A stretch of 64,000 bases of DNA, taken from Dehalococcoidia bacterium (GTDB lineage: Bacteria > Chloroflexota > Dehalococcoidia > Plut-88900). Shown in pieces: positions 10,490-21,385 of this stretch. Numbering within the stretch: the first letter of the stretch is position 1; every line of letters starts with the position of its first letter. The notes beneath the pieces were generated by a model. That model had not been told where the DNA came from and made no database searches. It saw only the letters and a program-made list of their open reading frames with translations. Location: assembly GCA_965197585.1 (NCBI GenBank), contig OZ240215.1, forward strand, positions 704,001 through 768,000, in the 5' to 3' direction. Made by a program: the position numbers and the translations under genes.

Positions 10490-12930
10490 TGAGACCGGAC
10501 CAATGCACAGAACAGGCCCAAGAGGTCTTGAGGGCTTCCGAGGCGCTTGTACGCGATATGCAGCACAACCAGTTGGATGTCGAACACCTGGTTCTGGCGA
10601 TGCTGGACCAGCACGACGGGTTAGTTCCCAAAATAATGGAGAAACTGGGCACCGACACAACTGAACTGATCAGCAAATTCCGGCAGGCTCTGACGAAGAC
10701 ACCAACGGTAGTCTACCCGAGTCAGACCATCTATATAACGCCGAGAATATCGATGCTGCGGGATAGGGCGGTGTCAGAGATGAAGCGATTAAGGGACGAG
10801 CTTGTTGGAGTAGACCACTTGCTGGTAGCGGCCGTCGAGGAAAGGGATGGAGACTCACCGGTAATCTTCAAGGAGTTCGGAATAGAAAAGGAGAAGGTGT
10901 ACCAGGCGCTGCAGGAGATCAGGGGCACACACAGGGTGACCGATCCCAGGGCGGAAAGTAGGTACCAATCTCTGCAGAAATACAGCACCGACCTGACGGA
11001 ACAGGCGGAACGGGGGAAACTGGACCCGGTGATCGGGCGGGACATGGAGATAAGGCGGGTTATTCAGATCCTGACCCGTAGGACCAAGAACAACCCGGTG
11101 ATCATAGGTGAGGCCGGTGTGGGGAAGACGGCCATAGCCGAGGGGCTGGCCCAGAGAATTATCGCGGGCGACGTACCGGACTCGGTTAAGGGACGGAAGG
11201 TGATATCCCTGGACATGGGGTCGATGGTGGCGGGGAGCAAGTTCAGGGGCGAATTCGAAGAGCGGCTGAAGGCGGTAATGGACGAAATCCGTAGGGCAGG
11301 GGGGGAGATCATCCTGTTCATAGACGAGATACACCAGGTTGTCGGGGCAGGGGCGGCGGAGGGGGCGATAGACGCGAGCACGATGCTCAAGCCGGCGCTG
11401 GCAAGGGGTGAATTGCAGTGTGTCGGGGCTACGACCCTGGATGAGTACAGGAAGTACATAGAGAAGAACGCCGCCCTGGAGCGTCGGTTCCAGCCGGTGT
11501 ACGTGGAAGAACCTTCGGTGGAGGACGCAATAGAGATCCTTCGGGGACTGAGGCCGAGGTACGAGGCACATCACAAAATCACCATCGCGGATTCGGCCCT
11601 TTCCGCTGCGGCGAAATTGAGCCAAAGGTACGTTTCCGACCGTTTCCTGCCGGACAAGGCCATCGACCTGATCGACGAAGCGTCGAGCAAACTTAGGATA
11701 GAACTGGAAGGCGCGCCGCCCGAACTAAAGGAAATGGAGAAGGAGGTGCAATACTTGGCCGACCAGGAAGACAGCGCCTCCCAGAGGGACGACTTCCAAA
11801 GGGCTGCGGAGTTGAGGGCAGAACGTCTCGCCCTGCAGGAGAAAAATGAGAAGGCGAGAGATGCATGGCTTAAGCGCGAAAAGTTGGACGGGACCGTGGA
11901 TGAGGAGGACATTGCGGAAACCGTGGCGCTGATGACAGGAATACCTGTGACCCGCATGTTGGAAGGTGAGACCGAGCGGCTGCTCAACCTGGAGAAGAGC
12001 CTCGGGGAGAGAGTGATAGGACAGAAGGAGGGGATCGCCGCTGTCTCTGAGGCGATACGCAGGGCGCGAGCTGGGCTTAAGGACCCGAAACGGCCCATAG
12101 GGAGCTTCATATTCCTCGGGCCCACGGGGGTGGGTAAAACGGAACTGGCCCGTGCTCTGACGGAATACCTGTTCGATGATGAGGATGCGATGGTGCGGAT
12201 CGACATGTCGGAGTACATGGACAAGCACACCGTGTCTCGGATGGTCGGAGCGCCTCCTGGCTACATCGGCTTCGACGAGGGAGGACAGCTGACGGAGGCC
12301 GTGCGGAGACGGCCCTACCGGGTGCTGCTATTCGACGAGATCGAGAAGGCCCACCCGGACGTGTTCAACGTGCTTCTGCAACTGCTTGAGGACGGTCGTC
12401 TGACCGACGGACAGGGCCGAACGGTGAATTTCGCCAACACGGTGGTAATAATGACCAGCAACCTGGGGACGTCCCATGTGCAGGAGGACCCGGTAGGGTT
12501 CCTAAAGACCAACACGAACGGGATGGACAACCATGAGATCAAACGGAACGTGGAACGGGCCTTGCGCCAGGAGTTCAGACCGGAGTTCCTGAACCGGATC
12601 GACGAGATTGTGATCTTCAAATCGTTGGGTCGGGAAGAGATAGTGCAGATAGTTGACCTGCTGGTGGAGGAAGTCCAGGAGCGGTTGTCGGACCGAGGGA
12701 TCAGCATAGAGCTGACTGAGAGGGCCAAGGAGTGGATTGCTGAGAAGGGGTTCGACCCGGCATTTGGGGCGCGGCCGCTGCGCAGAACCGTTCAGCGCTA
12801 CGTGGAGACTCCCCTGGCCCGCAAGGTGCTGGCAGGCGAGATCGGAGATGGAGGACGACTCACCGTCGATGCAGTCGAAGGCGAACTCATATTCGACATT
12901 GCCTCCGTACAGGCGGCGATGCCGGTCTAA
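10483..12930 (+). CDS. clpC: Clp AAA+ ATPase, ClpC-type
   Basis: Double Clp-N, two AAA modules ([16 protein letters not shown]), short UVR-like middle domain, VGF ClpP-docking loop, 815 aa. Confidence 0.85.
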   Translation: MVMRPDQCTEQAQEVLRASEALVRDMQHNQLDVEHLVLAMLDQHDGLVPKIMEKLGTDTTELISKFRQALTKTPTVVYPSQTIYITPRISMLRDRAVSEMKRLRDELVGVDHLLVAAVEERDGDSPVIFKEFGIEKEKVYQALQEIRGTHRVTDPRAESRYQSLQKYSTDLTEQAERGKLDPVIGRDMEIRRVIQILTRRTKNNPVIIGEAGVGKTAIAEGLAQRIIAGDVPDSVKGRKVISLDMGSMVAGSKFRGEFEERLKAVMDEIRRAGGEIILFIDEIHQVVGAGAAEGAIDASTMLKPALARGELQCVGATTLDEYRKYIEKNAALERRFQPVYVEEPSVEDAIEILRGLRPRYEAHHKITIADSALSAAAKLSQRYVSDRFLPDKAIDLIDEASSKLRIELEGAPPELKEMEKEVQYLADQEDSASQRDDFQRAAELRAERLALQEKNEKARDAWLKREKLDGTVDEEDIAETVALMTGIPVTRMLEGETERLLNLEKSLGERVIGQKEGIAAVSEAIRRARAGLKDPKRPIGSFIFLGPTGVGKTELARALTEYLFDDEDAMVRIDMSEYMDKHTVSRMVGAPPGYIGFDEGGQLTEAVRRRPYRVLLFDEIEKAHPDVFNVLLQLLEDGRLTDGQGRTVNFANTVVIMTSNLGTSHVQEDPVGFLKTNTNGMDNHEIKRNVERALRQEFRPEFLNRIDEIVIFKSLGREEIVQIVDLLVEEVQERLSDRGISIELTERAKEWIAEKGFDPAFGARPLRRTVQRYVETPLARKVLAGEIGDGGRLTVDAVEGELIFDIASVQAAMPV

Positions 12931-12952
12931 AACCACAGTTCCAGGAAGAGAG

Positions 12953-12993
12953 AAAGGGTCCGGCGGGCAATTCAACCGCCGGACCCTTTATTT
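12953..12993 (+). terminator. Intrinsic terminator after clpC
   Basis: AAAGGGTCCGGCGG..CCGCCGGACCCTTT followed by ATTT. Confidence 0.8.
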
Positions 12994-13065
12994 GTCTGTG
13001 ATATCATCGACGAGTTGCGCATTTTCCATAGTATCCCGGCCACAGGTATAGGAGAGCTTAAAGAG

Positions 13066-14208
13066 ATGACTTCCAGCCACGATCCGTCCCAAGTGTACCG
13101 TTCACTCGGGGTTAAGCCGATCATCAACGCCGCCGGTACAACGACCCTGTTTGGGGGGACCAAAACAAGGCCGGAGGCCCTGCAGATAATGGCCCAGGCA
13201 GCACGGGTCCTGGTGAACGTAGACGAGCTGAACATGCAGGCTGGGAAGGTGATAGCGGAGCTCACGGGGGCGGAGTCGGGACTGGTAACCAACGGCGCCG
13301 CGGCGGGGCTTGTGCTTCAAGCGGCTGCGTGCATCGCAGGGTCGGACATGAAGAAGATGGCACGTCTGCCGGATACCGAAGGAATGAAAAACGAATTCAT
13401 TATCCAGCGGTGTCACCGGTTTCCTTACGACCAGGCGTACAGGTTGGCGGGGGCGAAGATGGTAGAGATAGGGGACGGGCGGCGGTGTGCACCGTGGCAG
13501 CTGGAGGCGGCGTTTACGGAAAAGACGGCAGCGGTGTCCTACCTGCACGCCAACTTCGTGTCCAGACGGGCGATTCCGTTGGACCAGGTGTGCGAGATAG
13601 CCCACGCCCGGGGCGTGCCGGTGATAGTAGACGGGGCTTCGATGCTGCCGCCGCGGGAGAACTTGAGGAAGTTCATCGCCGAAGGCGCGGACATGGTGAT
13701 ATTCAGTGGTGGCAAGGGTGTGAAGGGGCCGCAGGGGTCGGGGATATTGTGTGGTCGAGCCGATCTCATCGAGGCGGCGTTTGCCAACGCGAGTCCGCAC
13801 CAGTTTATCGGCAGGTCTATGAAGGTGGCGAAGGAAGAAGTGATCGGGTTGCTGACAGCGCTACAAATATTCGTAGAAGAAGACGAAGAAGAGGAAAACG
13901 CCCGGTACACGGCCATGATGCAGCAGGTGGTCGACGCGCTGATCGAGGTCCCGGGGCTGAAGTTGCAACTGGAGCACGACGGCTACGACTACACCGTTCC
14001 ATCGGCACGGATAAACTTCACCAGAGACTGGATGGGGCCGACTCCGAGCGAAGTCTTCGCTGAAATGGCGTCGGGAGAGGAGCCGATATACCTGAGCGAC
14101 CTGGGCAACCCCGACGACCTGACGGTTATCCCCACCAACCTGGAAGACGAAGACGTGGAGAAGGTGATAGCACGGCTGAGGGAAGTGCTTCTCGGGGGGC
14201 GGGGATGA
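13066..14208 (+). CDS. SelA-like/DgaE-family PLP-dependent enzyme
   Basis: IINAAG, VIVDGAS, FSGGKG.KGPQ.SG (PLP Lys), IGRSMKV.KEE; lacks the SelA N-terminal extension. Confidence 0.8.
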   Translation: MTSSHDPSQVYRSLGVKPIINAAGTTTLFGGTKTRPEALQIMAQAARVLVNVDELNMQAGKVIAELTGAESGLVTNGAAAGLVLQAAACIAGSDMKKMARLPDTEGMKNEFIIQRCHRFPYDQAYRLAGAKMVEIGDGRRCAPWQLEAAFTEKTAAVSYLHANFVSRRAIPLDQVCEIAHARGVPVIVDGASMLPPRENLRKFIAEGADMVIFSGGKGVKGPQGSGILCGRADLIEAAFANASPHQFIGRSMKVAKEEVIGLLTALQIFVEEDEEEENARYTAMMQQVVDALIEVPGLKLQLEHDGYDYTVPSARINFTRDWMGPTPSEVFAEMASGEEPIYLSDLGNPDDLTVIPTNLEDEDVEKVIARLREVLLGGRG

Positions 14209-14317
14209 GCGGGGGCTATGCTATAATCGGGGATAGGCGGAGACCAGTTTCTACAGGCGCGATGCTTTTCCCCTGCTTTATAACCAGTCATGTAATCCGT
14301 TCCGAGGGAGTGCCGGG

Positions 14318-15259
14318 GTGAGAGATGAACTCAAAATCTTTACCGGCAATGCTCACCCGAAACTAGCCGAGGATATCTGCAGCTATCTTGGCTTGGGACT
14401 CGGGCAGATAGAAGTATTCGAGTTCAAGAACGAGAATATCTTCGTCCGTATTCAGGAGAACATCCGAGAGAGGGACGTCTTTCTGGTACAGCCCATAGTA
14501 TCGCCGGTCAACAACAACCTTATGGAGTTGCTGATCATGATAGATGCGGCGAAGCGGGCATCGGCGGGGCGGATCACCGCGGTGTTGCCCTATTACGGGT
14601 ACGGGCGAACGGACAAGAAGGACCAGCCTCGGGTGCCAATAACGGCGCGACTGGTGGCTGACCTGATAACGGTGGCAGGCGCCGACCGTGTGCTTACGGT
14701 GGACCTCCACGCCGGCCAGATACAGGGCTTCTTCAACATCCCGGTAGACGAACTCACCGCCCTCCCGATAATCACCGGCTATTTCGAAGAGAAGGCGCTG
14801 GACGACCTGGTGGTTGTGGCGACGGATGTGGGCATTGCGAAGAAGGCGCGGGACATGGCGGAACGGCTGAATGCGCCCCTGGCAATCATCGAGAAGCGGA
14901 GGGTCGGCAACGGAGACTCTGCACAGAGCCTGAACGTCATTGGGGACGTGAGGGGTAAAACTGCCATAACATTCGACGACGAAATAGATACCGGGGGCTC
15001 GCTGGTGGCGGCAATAGAGGCACTCAGGGAGAGAGGGGCTGAGGACATATATTCAAGCTGCACGCACCCGATCTTCTCGGGCAACGCGACGAACGTGCTG
15101 TCGGACACGATAGTCCAAGAAGTGGTAGTGACGGACACGGTGCCGCTGCCCGACCAGAAGAGGAACAGCAAGGTAACGAGCCTGTCCATGGCTCCGCTGT
15201 TGGGGGAAGCGATACGAAGGATCCACGGCGGGGAGTCGGTGGGGGCGTTGTTCGGATGA
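14318..15259 (+). CDS. prs: Ribose-phosphate pyrophosphokinase
   Basis: PYYGYGRTDKK, DLHAGQIQGFF, DDEIDTGGS; extended -10 TGCTATAAT upstream (about 14219-14227). Confidence 0.97.
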   Translation: MRDELKIFTGNAHPKLAEDICSYLGLGLGQIEVFEFKNENIFVRIQENIRERDVFLVQPIVSPVNNNLMELLIMIDAAKRASAGRITAVLPYYGYGRTDKKDQPRVPITARLVADLITVAGADRVLTVDLHAGQIQGFFNIPVDELTALPIITGYFEEKALDDLVVVATDVGIAKKARDMAERLNAPLAIIEKRRVGNGDSAQSLNVIGDVRGKTAITFDDEIDTGGSLVAAIEALRERGAEDIYSSCTHPIFSGNATNVLSDTIVQEVVVTDTVPLPDQKRNSKVTSLSMAPLLGEAIRRIHGGESVGALFG

Positions 15260-15269
15260 AGGGCGCCCG

Positions 15270-17924
15270 ATGCTTAATTGGCTATCAAAACTAGCAGGGA
15301 ACAGCAACGAAGCGGAACTCCAAAGATTCCAGCCGGTAGTGGACGCTATAAACGGGCTTGAGCCCGAGTTCGAGCGTCTGCAGGACCACCAACTAAAGGC
15401 CAAGACCGACGAGTTCAGGGCCCGCCTCGGAGAGGGGGAATCCCTGGACTTTTTGCTTCCCGAGGCCTTCGCGCTGGTGAGGGAGGCGGCCAAGAGGACG
15501 CTGGGCCAGCGCCATTTCGACGTACAGCTTATGGGCGGGATGACGCTGCACGCCGGAAAGATTGCCGAGATGAAGACCGGCGAAGGGAAGACTTTGGTCT
15601 CCACCCTCGCTGCGTATCTCAACGGGCTGCCGGGTGAGGGTGTACACCTAATTACGGTTAACGACTACCTGGCGCGTCGGGACTGCCAGTGGATGGGGCC
15701 TATCTTCCACTTTCTCGGACTGACGGTATCCTGCCTTCAACATGAAGCATCCTTCCAGTTCGCACCAGGGGCCGAGGACGGGCCTTTCGAGGACCTGATA
15801 CCCCTGACCCGCAGGGACGCCTACGCCACCGACATCACTTACGGCACCAACAACGAGTTCGGGTTCGACTACCTTCGGGACAACATGGCCGGCGACCTGT
15901 CACGTACGGTGCAGGGAGATCTGAACTACGCGATAGTCGACGAAGTAGACAATATCTTGGTAGACGAGGCTCGGACGCCCCTGATCATAAGCGGACAGGC
16001 AGAAGAGTCGACGAAGCTGTACTCGACCTTCGCGCAGCTGGCGGCTCGACTTACTCGGGACACCGACTATACGATTGACGAGCAGCACAAGTCGGTGGCT
16101 CTTAACGCCGTAGGCTATGCCAAGGTGGAGAAGAGCCTGAACATCGACAACCTGTTCGCTCCGGAGCACTACGCCCTGACCCACTACATGGACAATGCTC
16201 TGAAAGCGCACGTTTTCTTCGAAAGGGACAAGGATTACGTGGTGAAGGACGGGGAAGCGACGATAGTCGATGAGTTCACGGGAAGGCTGATGCCGGGGAG
16301 GCGTTACTCGGACGGGCTGCACCAAGCCATTGAGGCGAAGGAGAAGCTGGAGATCAGGCGTGAGAGTGTGACGCTGGCGACTATCACCCTTCAGAACTAC
16401 TTCCGTCTGTACGAAAAGCTATCCGGCATGACGGGCACGGCGGTCACCGAAGCGGAGGAGTTTGACAAGATATACAAGCTGGACGTGGTGATGATCCCCA
16501 CTCATCAGGAGATGGTCCGAGAGGACAATCCCGACCTGATATTCAGATCGGAGAAGGGGAAGTTCGATGCACTGGTATCGGACCTGAAAGAACTTAGCGA
16601 ATCGGGTAGGCCGGTGCTGGTAGGGACCACGTCTGTGGAGAAATCTGAGAGGCTTAGCGAAAAGCTTATGAGGACAGGGGTTCGTCATGAGGTCCTGAAT
16701 GCCAAACACCACGAGAGGGAAGCGGGAATAATATCGCAGGCGGGCCGAATTGGGGCAGTGACGGTGGCGACAAACATGGCGGGGCGGGGCACCGACATCA
16801 TCCTCGGAGGGAACCCTGAGGGACGGGACGAGAGAGAGTGGGAGGACGAGCATCGGAAAGTGGTGGAGATGGGAGGCCTGCACATCATAGGGACGGACAG
16901 GCACGAGTCCCGAAGGATAGACAATCAGTTAAGGGGCCGGGCGGGGAGGCAGGGCGACCCGGGGAGCAGCCGGTTCTACATCTCGGTGGAAGACGATCTG
17001 ATGCGCCGGTTCGGCGGGGACAAGATAAAGACCGTGATGGAATGGGCGCGGATGGATGAGTCGACGCCGATGGAGCATTCGTGGATATCAAAGTCGGTGG
17101 AGAATGCCCAGAAGAAGGTGGAGGGAATCAACTTCGACATACGTAAACGGCTGGTGGACTACGATGACGTGGCGAACAACCACAGAGACATGATCTACGG
17201 GCAGAGGCGGAAGGTGCTGGAAGGGTCTGACGTGGATGCCAGCATACATGGCCTGGTTGAGGCTGAGATCACTGAAACGGTACACCGCTACTTACGGGAC
17301 GAGCATGGAGACGCGTGGGACCTGGAAGGGCTGCTGACCGCAATGGAGAGACTGTTCCCCCTTCCCGCGGAAGCTGATGCCGAACACCTTGGTCAGTTGC
17401 ACCGGGACGAAGTCACAGCCTTCTTTATGGAGCATTTGGACAAGCGGTACCAGAACATAGCGGAAAAGTTAGGCGAGCAAGGGGCCCGGGCGGTGGAACG
17501 GCACGTGATGCTGAGGACAATCGATACGCACTGGATGGACCACCTGACGGCGATGGAGAACTCGAGGCAGAGCAGCGGGCTGGAGGCGTTTGGGCAGAGG
17601 GACCCGCTGGTGGCCTACAAACGCCGGAGCCACGAGATGTTCGAAGACCTGACGACCAGGATTCGCAGCGGAATAGTGCGGACACTGTTCCATCTTGATA
17701 TAAAGCATCGGGACGCATTACGGGCAGCCACCGCGGCGCCGAGTGCGGCGAACGGCAACGGCCGGGCGCAGCCCAACGGGGCGACAGCGCGTCAGCCGAC
17801 GGTGGGAGGCCGGGCCCCGGTCCGGTCCCGGGACAAGGCAAGGGCGGCGGTGGGGAAGGTCGGGCGGAATAATCCGTGTCCTTGCGGGAGCGGAAGGAAG
17901 TACAAGCGCTGCCACGGCAGCTAA
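15270..17924 (+). CDS. secA: Preprotein translocase ATPase SecA
   Basis: MKTGEGKT, DEVDNIL, ATNMAGRGTDI, QLRGRAGRQGDPG, C-terminal CPCGSGRKYKRCH. Confidence 0.99.
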   Translation: MLNWLSKLAGNSNEAELQRFQPVVDAINGLEPEFERLQDHQLKAKTDEFRARLGEGESLDFLLPEAFALVREAAKRTLGQRHFDVQLMGGMTLHAGKIAEMKTGEGKTLVSTLAAYLNGLPGEGVHLITVNDYLARRDCQWMGPIFHFLGLTVSCLQHEASFQFAPGAEDGPFEDLIPLTRRDAYATDITYGTNNEFGFDYLRDNMAGDLSRTVQGDLNYAIVDEVDNILVDEARTPLIISGQAEESTKLYSTFAQLAARLTRDTDYTIDEQHKSVALNAVGYAKVEKSLNIDNLFAPEHYALTHYMDNALKAHVFFERDKDYVVKDGEATIVDEFTGRLMPGRRYSDGLHQAIEAKEKLEIRRESVTLATITLQNYFRLYEKLSGMTGTAVTEAEEFDKIYKLDVVMIPTHQEMVREDNPDLIFRSEKGKFDALVSDLKELSESGRPVLVGTTSVEKSERLSEKLMRTGVRHEVLNAKHHEREAGIISQAGRIGAVTVATNMAGRGTDIILGGNPEGRDEREWEDEHRKVVEMGGLHIIGTDRHESRRIDNQLRGRAGRQGDPGSSRFYISVEDDLMRRFGGDKIKTVMEWARMDESTPMEHSWISKSVENAQKKVEGINFDIRKRLVDYDDVANNHRDMIYGQRRKVLEGSDVDASIHGLVEAEITETVHRYLRDEHGDAWDLEGLLTAMERLFPLPAEADAEHLGQLHRDEVTAFFMEHLDKRYQNIAEKLGEQGARAVERHVMLRTIDTHWMDHLTAMENSRQSSGLEAFGQRDPLVAYKRRSHEMFEDLTTRIRSGIVRTLFHLDIKHRDALRAATAAPSAANGNGRAQPNGATARQPTVGGRAPVRSRDKARAAVGKVGRNNPCPCGSGRKYKRCHGS

Positions 17925-17930
17925 TTCGAT

Positions 17931-19679
17931 ATGGACAACGCTCAAATAGCTTCGGTATTCAACAACATCGGCGACCTGCTGGAACTGAAGGGCGAGGTGG
18001 TATTCAAGACCCGCGCTTACAAGAAAGCGGCGAGGGCGATCGAGCATCACCCGACCGAGCTTTCGCAGATTTTCCGGGAGGAGGGTGATGAGGGGCTGAG
18101 CAAGGTGCCGAGTGTCGGGCAGGCGATCAACAAGAAAGTACAGGAGCTGCTTTCGACAGGGCAACTGGAATACTACGAAAAGCTCAAGGGGGAGTTCCCG
18201 GAAGGTGTTGTGGAGTTGAAGGACGTGCCGGGTGTCGGGCCGAAAACTGCACTGAAGATCAGCCGGGACCTGGGGGTGACGAATCTGGAGGGGCTGGAGG
18301 CGGCGCTGAAAGAGGGAGCGGTGGCCGCATTACCGGGACTGGGGGAGAAGGCGGCAGCCAACATCCTGCGGCATCTGCAGACCCTGAGGACCAAGGACAG
18401 GCGAATATCGCTTGGCCGCGCGCTGTCGATGTTCGAGGACGTTGCGTCGGCGCTGAGGGGAGTACCCGGACTGCACCGGCTGGAGGCGGCGGGCAGCCTA
18501 CGGAGGCGGCGAGAGACTATCGGGGACATAGACCTGATGGGGACTGCGGACGACCCGGAGCCCGTGCTCAGGGCCCTTACCGAGCTCCCACAAGTTGCGG
18601 AGGTGCTGGTCCACGGGCCTAAGAAGGTAAGCGTGCTGCTTCAGCGAGGGATACAGGTGGACCTACGGATAGTTGAGGAGCGGGTCTACGGATCATTGAT
18701 CCAGTATTTCACGGGGAGCCAGCAGCACAACGTTCTGCTGAGAGAACGGGCGCGGCGGGCGGGGTTGAGCATCAACGAGTACGGGATCACGAATCTCGAT
18801 ACTGGGGAGGTGGAGATATTCGCTGATGAGGAGTCTCTGTATGAGCGGCTTGGATTGCAGTTCATCCCCCCGGAGCTAAGAGAAGGGCAGCACGAGATCG
18901 AGCGGGCGGCGGCGGGGGATATACCTGTGCTCATCGAGAGTAAGGACATTAGGGGAGACCTGCACGCGCATACCAACGAAAGCGACGGTCGAGACACACT
19001 GATGGAGATGGCGCTGGCGGCGAGGGCGGCGGGGCTGGAATACCTGGCGATTACCGACCATTCCTCGGGGCGGGGGATTGCCAACGGGCTGAGCAATGAG
19101 CGGCTGCGAGACCACATCGCCAACATCAGGGCGTTGAACGAGAGCCTGGACGGCATTGATCTGCTGACAGGCTCGGAGGTGGACATCAGGTCGGACGGAA
19201 GCCTCGACTATCCGGATGAGCTGCTGGAGCAGCTGGACGTGGTGGTGGCGTCGGTACACTCGGCGATGGGACAGCCGGAAGAAGTGATGACAGACCGTAT
19301 AATCAAGGCGATGCACAACCCGAACGTTCACATCATTGGCCACCCGACGTGCCGGCTGATTGGGGAGCGGGAACCGGTTCAGATGGACATAGAGGCTATA
19401 TTACAGGCGGCACGGGAGACGGGGACCGCAATGGAAATAGACGCACAGCCGGGGAGGTTAGACCTGAAGGACAAGCATATTCATCGGGCCAGGGAGTTGG
19501 GGGTTAAGCTGGTTATAGACTCGGACTCTCACACCACCGAGCAGTTCGGGAACTTGGGGTTGGGTGTGTCGATGGCCAAAAGAGGCTGGTGTGAGTCGAA
19601 AGACATTCTGAACACCATGCCAATGAGAGAATTCAGAGCCGCGCTAAAAGGCGGAGCGGTGATTGCGAGGGGAGGATGA
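17931..19679 (+). CDS. polX: DNA polymerase X / PHP phosphoesterase
   Basis: HhH GVGPKT, GSLRR..GDIDL, YFTGS, PHP DLHAHT..SDG, ITDHS, DSDSH. Confidence 0.95.
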   Translation: MDNAQIASVFNNIGDLLELKGEVVFKTRAYKKAARAIEHHPTELSQIFREEGDEGLSKVPSVGQAINKKVQELLSTGQLEYYEKLKGEFPEGVVELKDVPGVGPKTALKISRDLGVTNLEGLEAALKEGAVAALPGLGEKAAANILRHLQTLRTKDRRISLGRALSMFEDVASALRGVPGLHRLEAAGSLRRRRETIGDIDLMGTADDPEPVLRALTELPQVAEVLVHGPKKVSVLLQRGIQVDLRIVEERVYGSLIQYFTGSQQHNVLLRERARRAGLSINEYGITNLDTGEVEIFADEESLYERLGLQFIPPELREGQHEIERAAAGDIPVLIESKDIRGDLHAHTNESDGRDTLMEMALAARAAGLEYLAITDHSSGRGIANGLSNERLRDHIANIRALNESLDGIDLLTGSEVDIRSDGSLDYPDELLEQLDVVVASVHSAMGQPEEVMTDRIIKAMHNPNVHIIGHPTCRLIGEREPVQMDIEAILQAARETGTAMEIDAQPGRLDLKDKHIHRARELGVKLVIDSDSHTTEQFGNLGLGVSMAKRGWCESKDILNTMPMREFRAALKGGAVIARGG

Positions 19680-20443
19680 CTTCGAAGGAGAGTGGAGACG
19701 TGGTAACCGAAGAGCTGCATGAGGAGGTGTCCTGGGAGTCGGGGATGTCTGAGGAAGGGACGCAAGCGGCGGAGGCGGCGATAGCGCACCTTAGAGAAGC
19801 GATAGAGGAAGGGAAGCACTGGTACCCGGCTCTCCTGGAGGCCATAGGGCTATGGGCCGCGCCGGAAGAGTTGTACCAGGGTCAACCGTTGTGCTATCTG
19901 ATAGCTGGGGAGGCCTTTGACTGGATGGTCTTGGCCCGTCGTTTGTGCGACAGCGTGGACGGGTTGATACCCAAGGAGGAGTTGGCCCAGCTGTTGGAGC
20001 GGACACATCCGCCGATAGAGGTGAGCAACGACGACTTCAAGAATATGGTCGGCGGGTCCAAATACCGGGCGCTTTTGAACTACTGGTATGGGGTGGACGT
20101 AGAGGAGGCGCTGGTGAAGGCCCTGGTGGAGTCGATTAGCAAGGAGCGAATGGCGGCGGGCCTGGCTTCGAAGAGGGACGTGTCGGACATGGCTTTTCAG
20201 AGGGCTTACGGCGGCACACGGGCCGCGTTGCTGGAGGAATTCGTTAAGGGTCGTGGGCAGGCTGTGGGGAAGGTGCTTTCGGAGACAGAGGCTAAAGAGT
20301 TCACCTACTGGCTCTTCAAGTACCGATTGGAGAACCACGACAAGGCAAGGGTGGCGAGCGATACGAAGCGTGGTCTCCAGTACCTCAAACGGCTTTCGCA
20401 GAAGAAACCGCCGGTGCGGATGCCTCCGATCAACGGTCGTTAG
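19676..20443 (+). CDS. Hypothetical protein, translationally coupled to polX
   Basis: 255-aa ORF with ATGA overlap and SD GGAGG; host-like codon usage; no recognisable motif. Confidence 0.75.
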   Translation: MTSKESGDVVTEELHEEVSWESGMSEEGTQAAEAAIAHLREAIEEGKHWYPALLEAIGLWAAPEELYQGQPLCYLIAGEAFDWMVLARRLCDSVDGLIPKEELAQLLERTHPPIEVSNDDFKNMVGGSKYRALLNYWYGVDVEEALVKALVESISKERMAAGLASKRDVSDMAFQRAYGGTRAALLEEFVKGRGQAVGKVLSETEAKEFTYWLFKYRLENHDKARVASDTKRGLQYLKRLSQKKPPVRMPPINGR

Positions 20444-20507
20444 GGGTCGGGGGCTTTGGGGTCAAGCCGGTGTTGATGCCATAGCCAACCTCATCCTCTC
20501 CCCTTTA

Positions 20508-20653
20508 GCGACCCTTGCATAGCTACAAATCGCACCTGTTGTGTCACCCAGATGACCTCCCCCCCGCTCATACTTCGAGAGCCTCAAGCCTCGGCGGATT
20601 TACGACAGCACGAGCGGCCCCGGCCCCTTCATTGCACGTTGTACAAAGGTCTC
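20508..20653. mobile_element. Putative MITE copy with REP-like core carrying a 21-bp insertion
   Basis: Left end GCGACCCTTGCATA, right end TGTACAAAGGTCTC (imperfect inverted repeat); core 20564-20617. Confidence 0.6.
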
Positions 20654-20668
20654 ATCTATGGAGACGGG

Positions 20669-21373
20669 TTAAGAGGCATGTCTAATCTTCTGGGCGTTCT
20701 TTAAAGCCTCGCGGCGGCTTAGTGGGCTTATGCGGTCTCGGTTGCGGGCTATGTAATCTTCGACCGTATCAAGATCCGTCCAAGCGAGAGAGCGAAGGGC
20801 CCAGCCGATGCCCTTGCGGATGAAGAAGTCGGGGTCGGAGAGGTTGGGGTCGATGCAGTCGAAGAGGAGGGCGAGGTCGGTGTGGGACTTGCGGTTGAGT
20901 TGGCAGATTATTGAAGAGCGGCGCTTCCACATATCACGGTCACGGCTCCATGCTCTCATTTCCTGAGACATCTCGGCGGGGTACTTCTCAAGTAGCTCTC
21001 GTAGGCGGCGGGAGGCGATGGAGTCAACGTAGTCCCACCAGGCGCCTGTTACTATCATCTCCTCGAAAAGGGTCCGGGTATCGAGGGTGCGGAAAGGCTC
21101 ATAGCGTTTAGCCCCGGCGAGATCCATAGCCGCATAGCGCTCCTCGCGATAAGAGGCGTTTCTCCACAAGTCCAGGACTGCGGCCATCCAATCTTCCTTG
21201 TCCCTGAAGGGGTGCCGCCGAAATACATCTTTGCAGAGTCGGCGCAACAGGGGCGTCTGGACGCCGCGGTAGGGCATATCCGACTTCATGTAGCGTTTCA
21301 TGCCCTCAGCCTTGGCGGGGTCTGCGTGCTCGGCGAGGGCCTGGCGGATTTCAGTGACCAGATCGAGGGTCAT
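20669..21373 (-). CDS. DNA alkylation repair protein (AlkD family)
   Basis: YMKS..PYRGV, AWWDYVD, FFIRKGIGWALR, SPLSRREALK. Confidence 0.9.
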   Translation of the reverse strand: MTLDLVTEIRQALAEHADPAKAEGMKRYMKSDMPYRGVQTPLLRRLCKDVFRRHPFRDKEDWMAAVLDLWRNASYREERYAAMDLAGAKRYEPFRTLDTRTLFEEMIVTGAWWDYVDSIASRRLRELLEKYPAEMSQEMRAWSRDRDMWKRRSSIICQLNRKSHTDLALLFDCIDPNLSDPDFFIRKGIGWALRSLAWTDLDTVEDYIARNRDRISPLSRREALKNAQKIRHAS

Positions 21374-21385
21374 GGGATCTGGGAT

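Noticed and set aside
13066-14208. Selenocysteine synthase selA
   Set aside because: Shorter than SelA, lacks its N-terminal domain, and no selB/selD nearby; a SelA-like family member.
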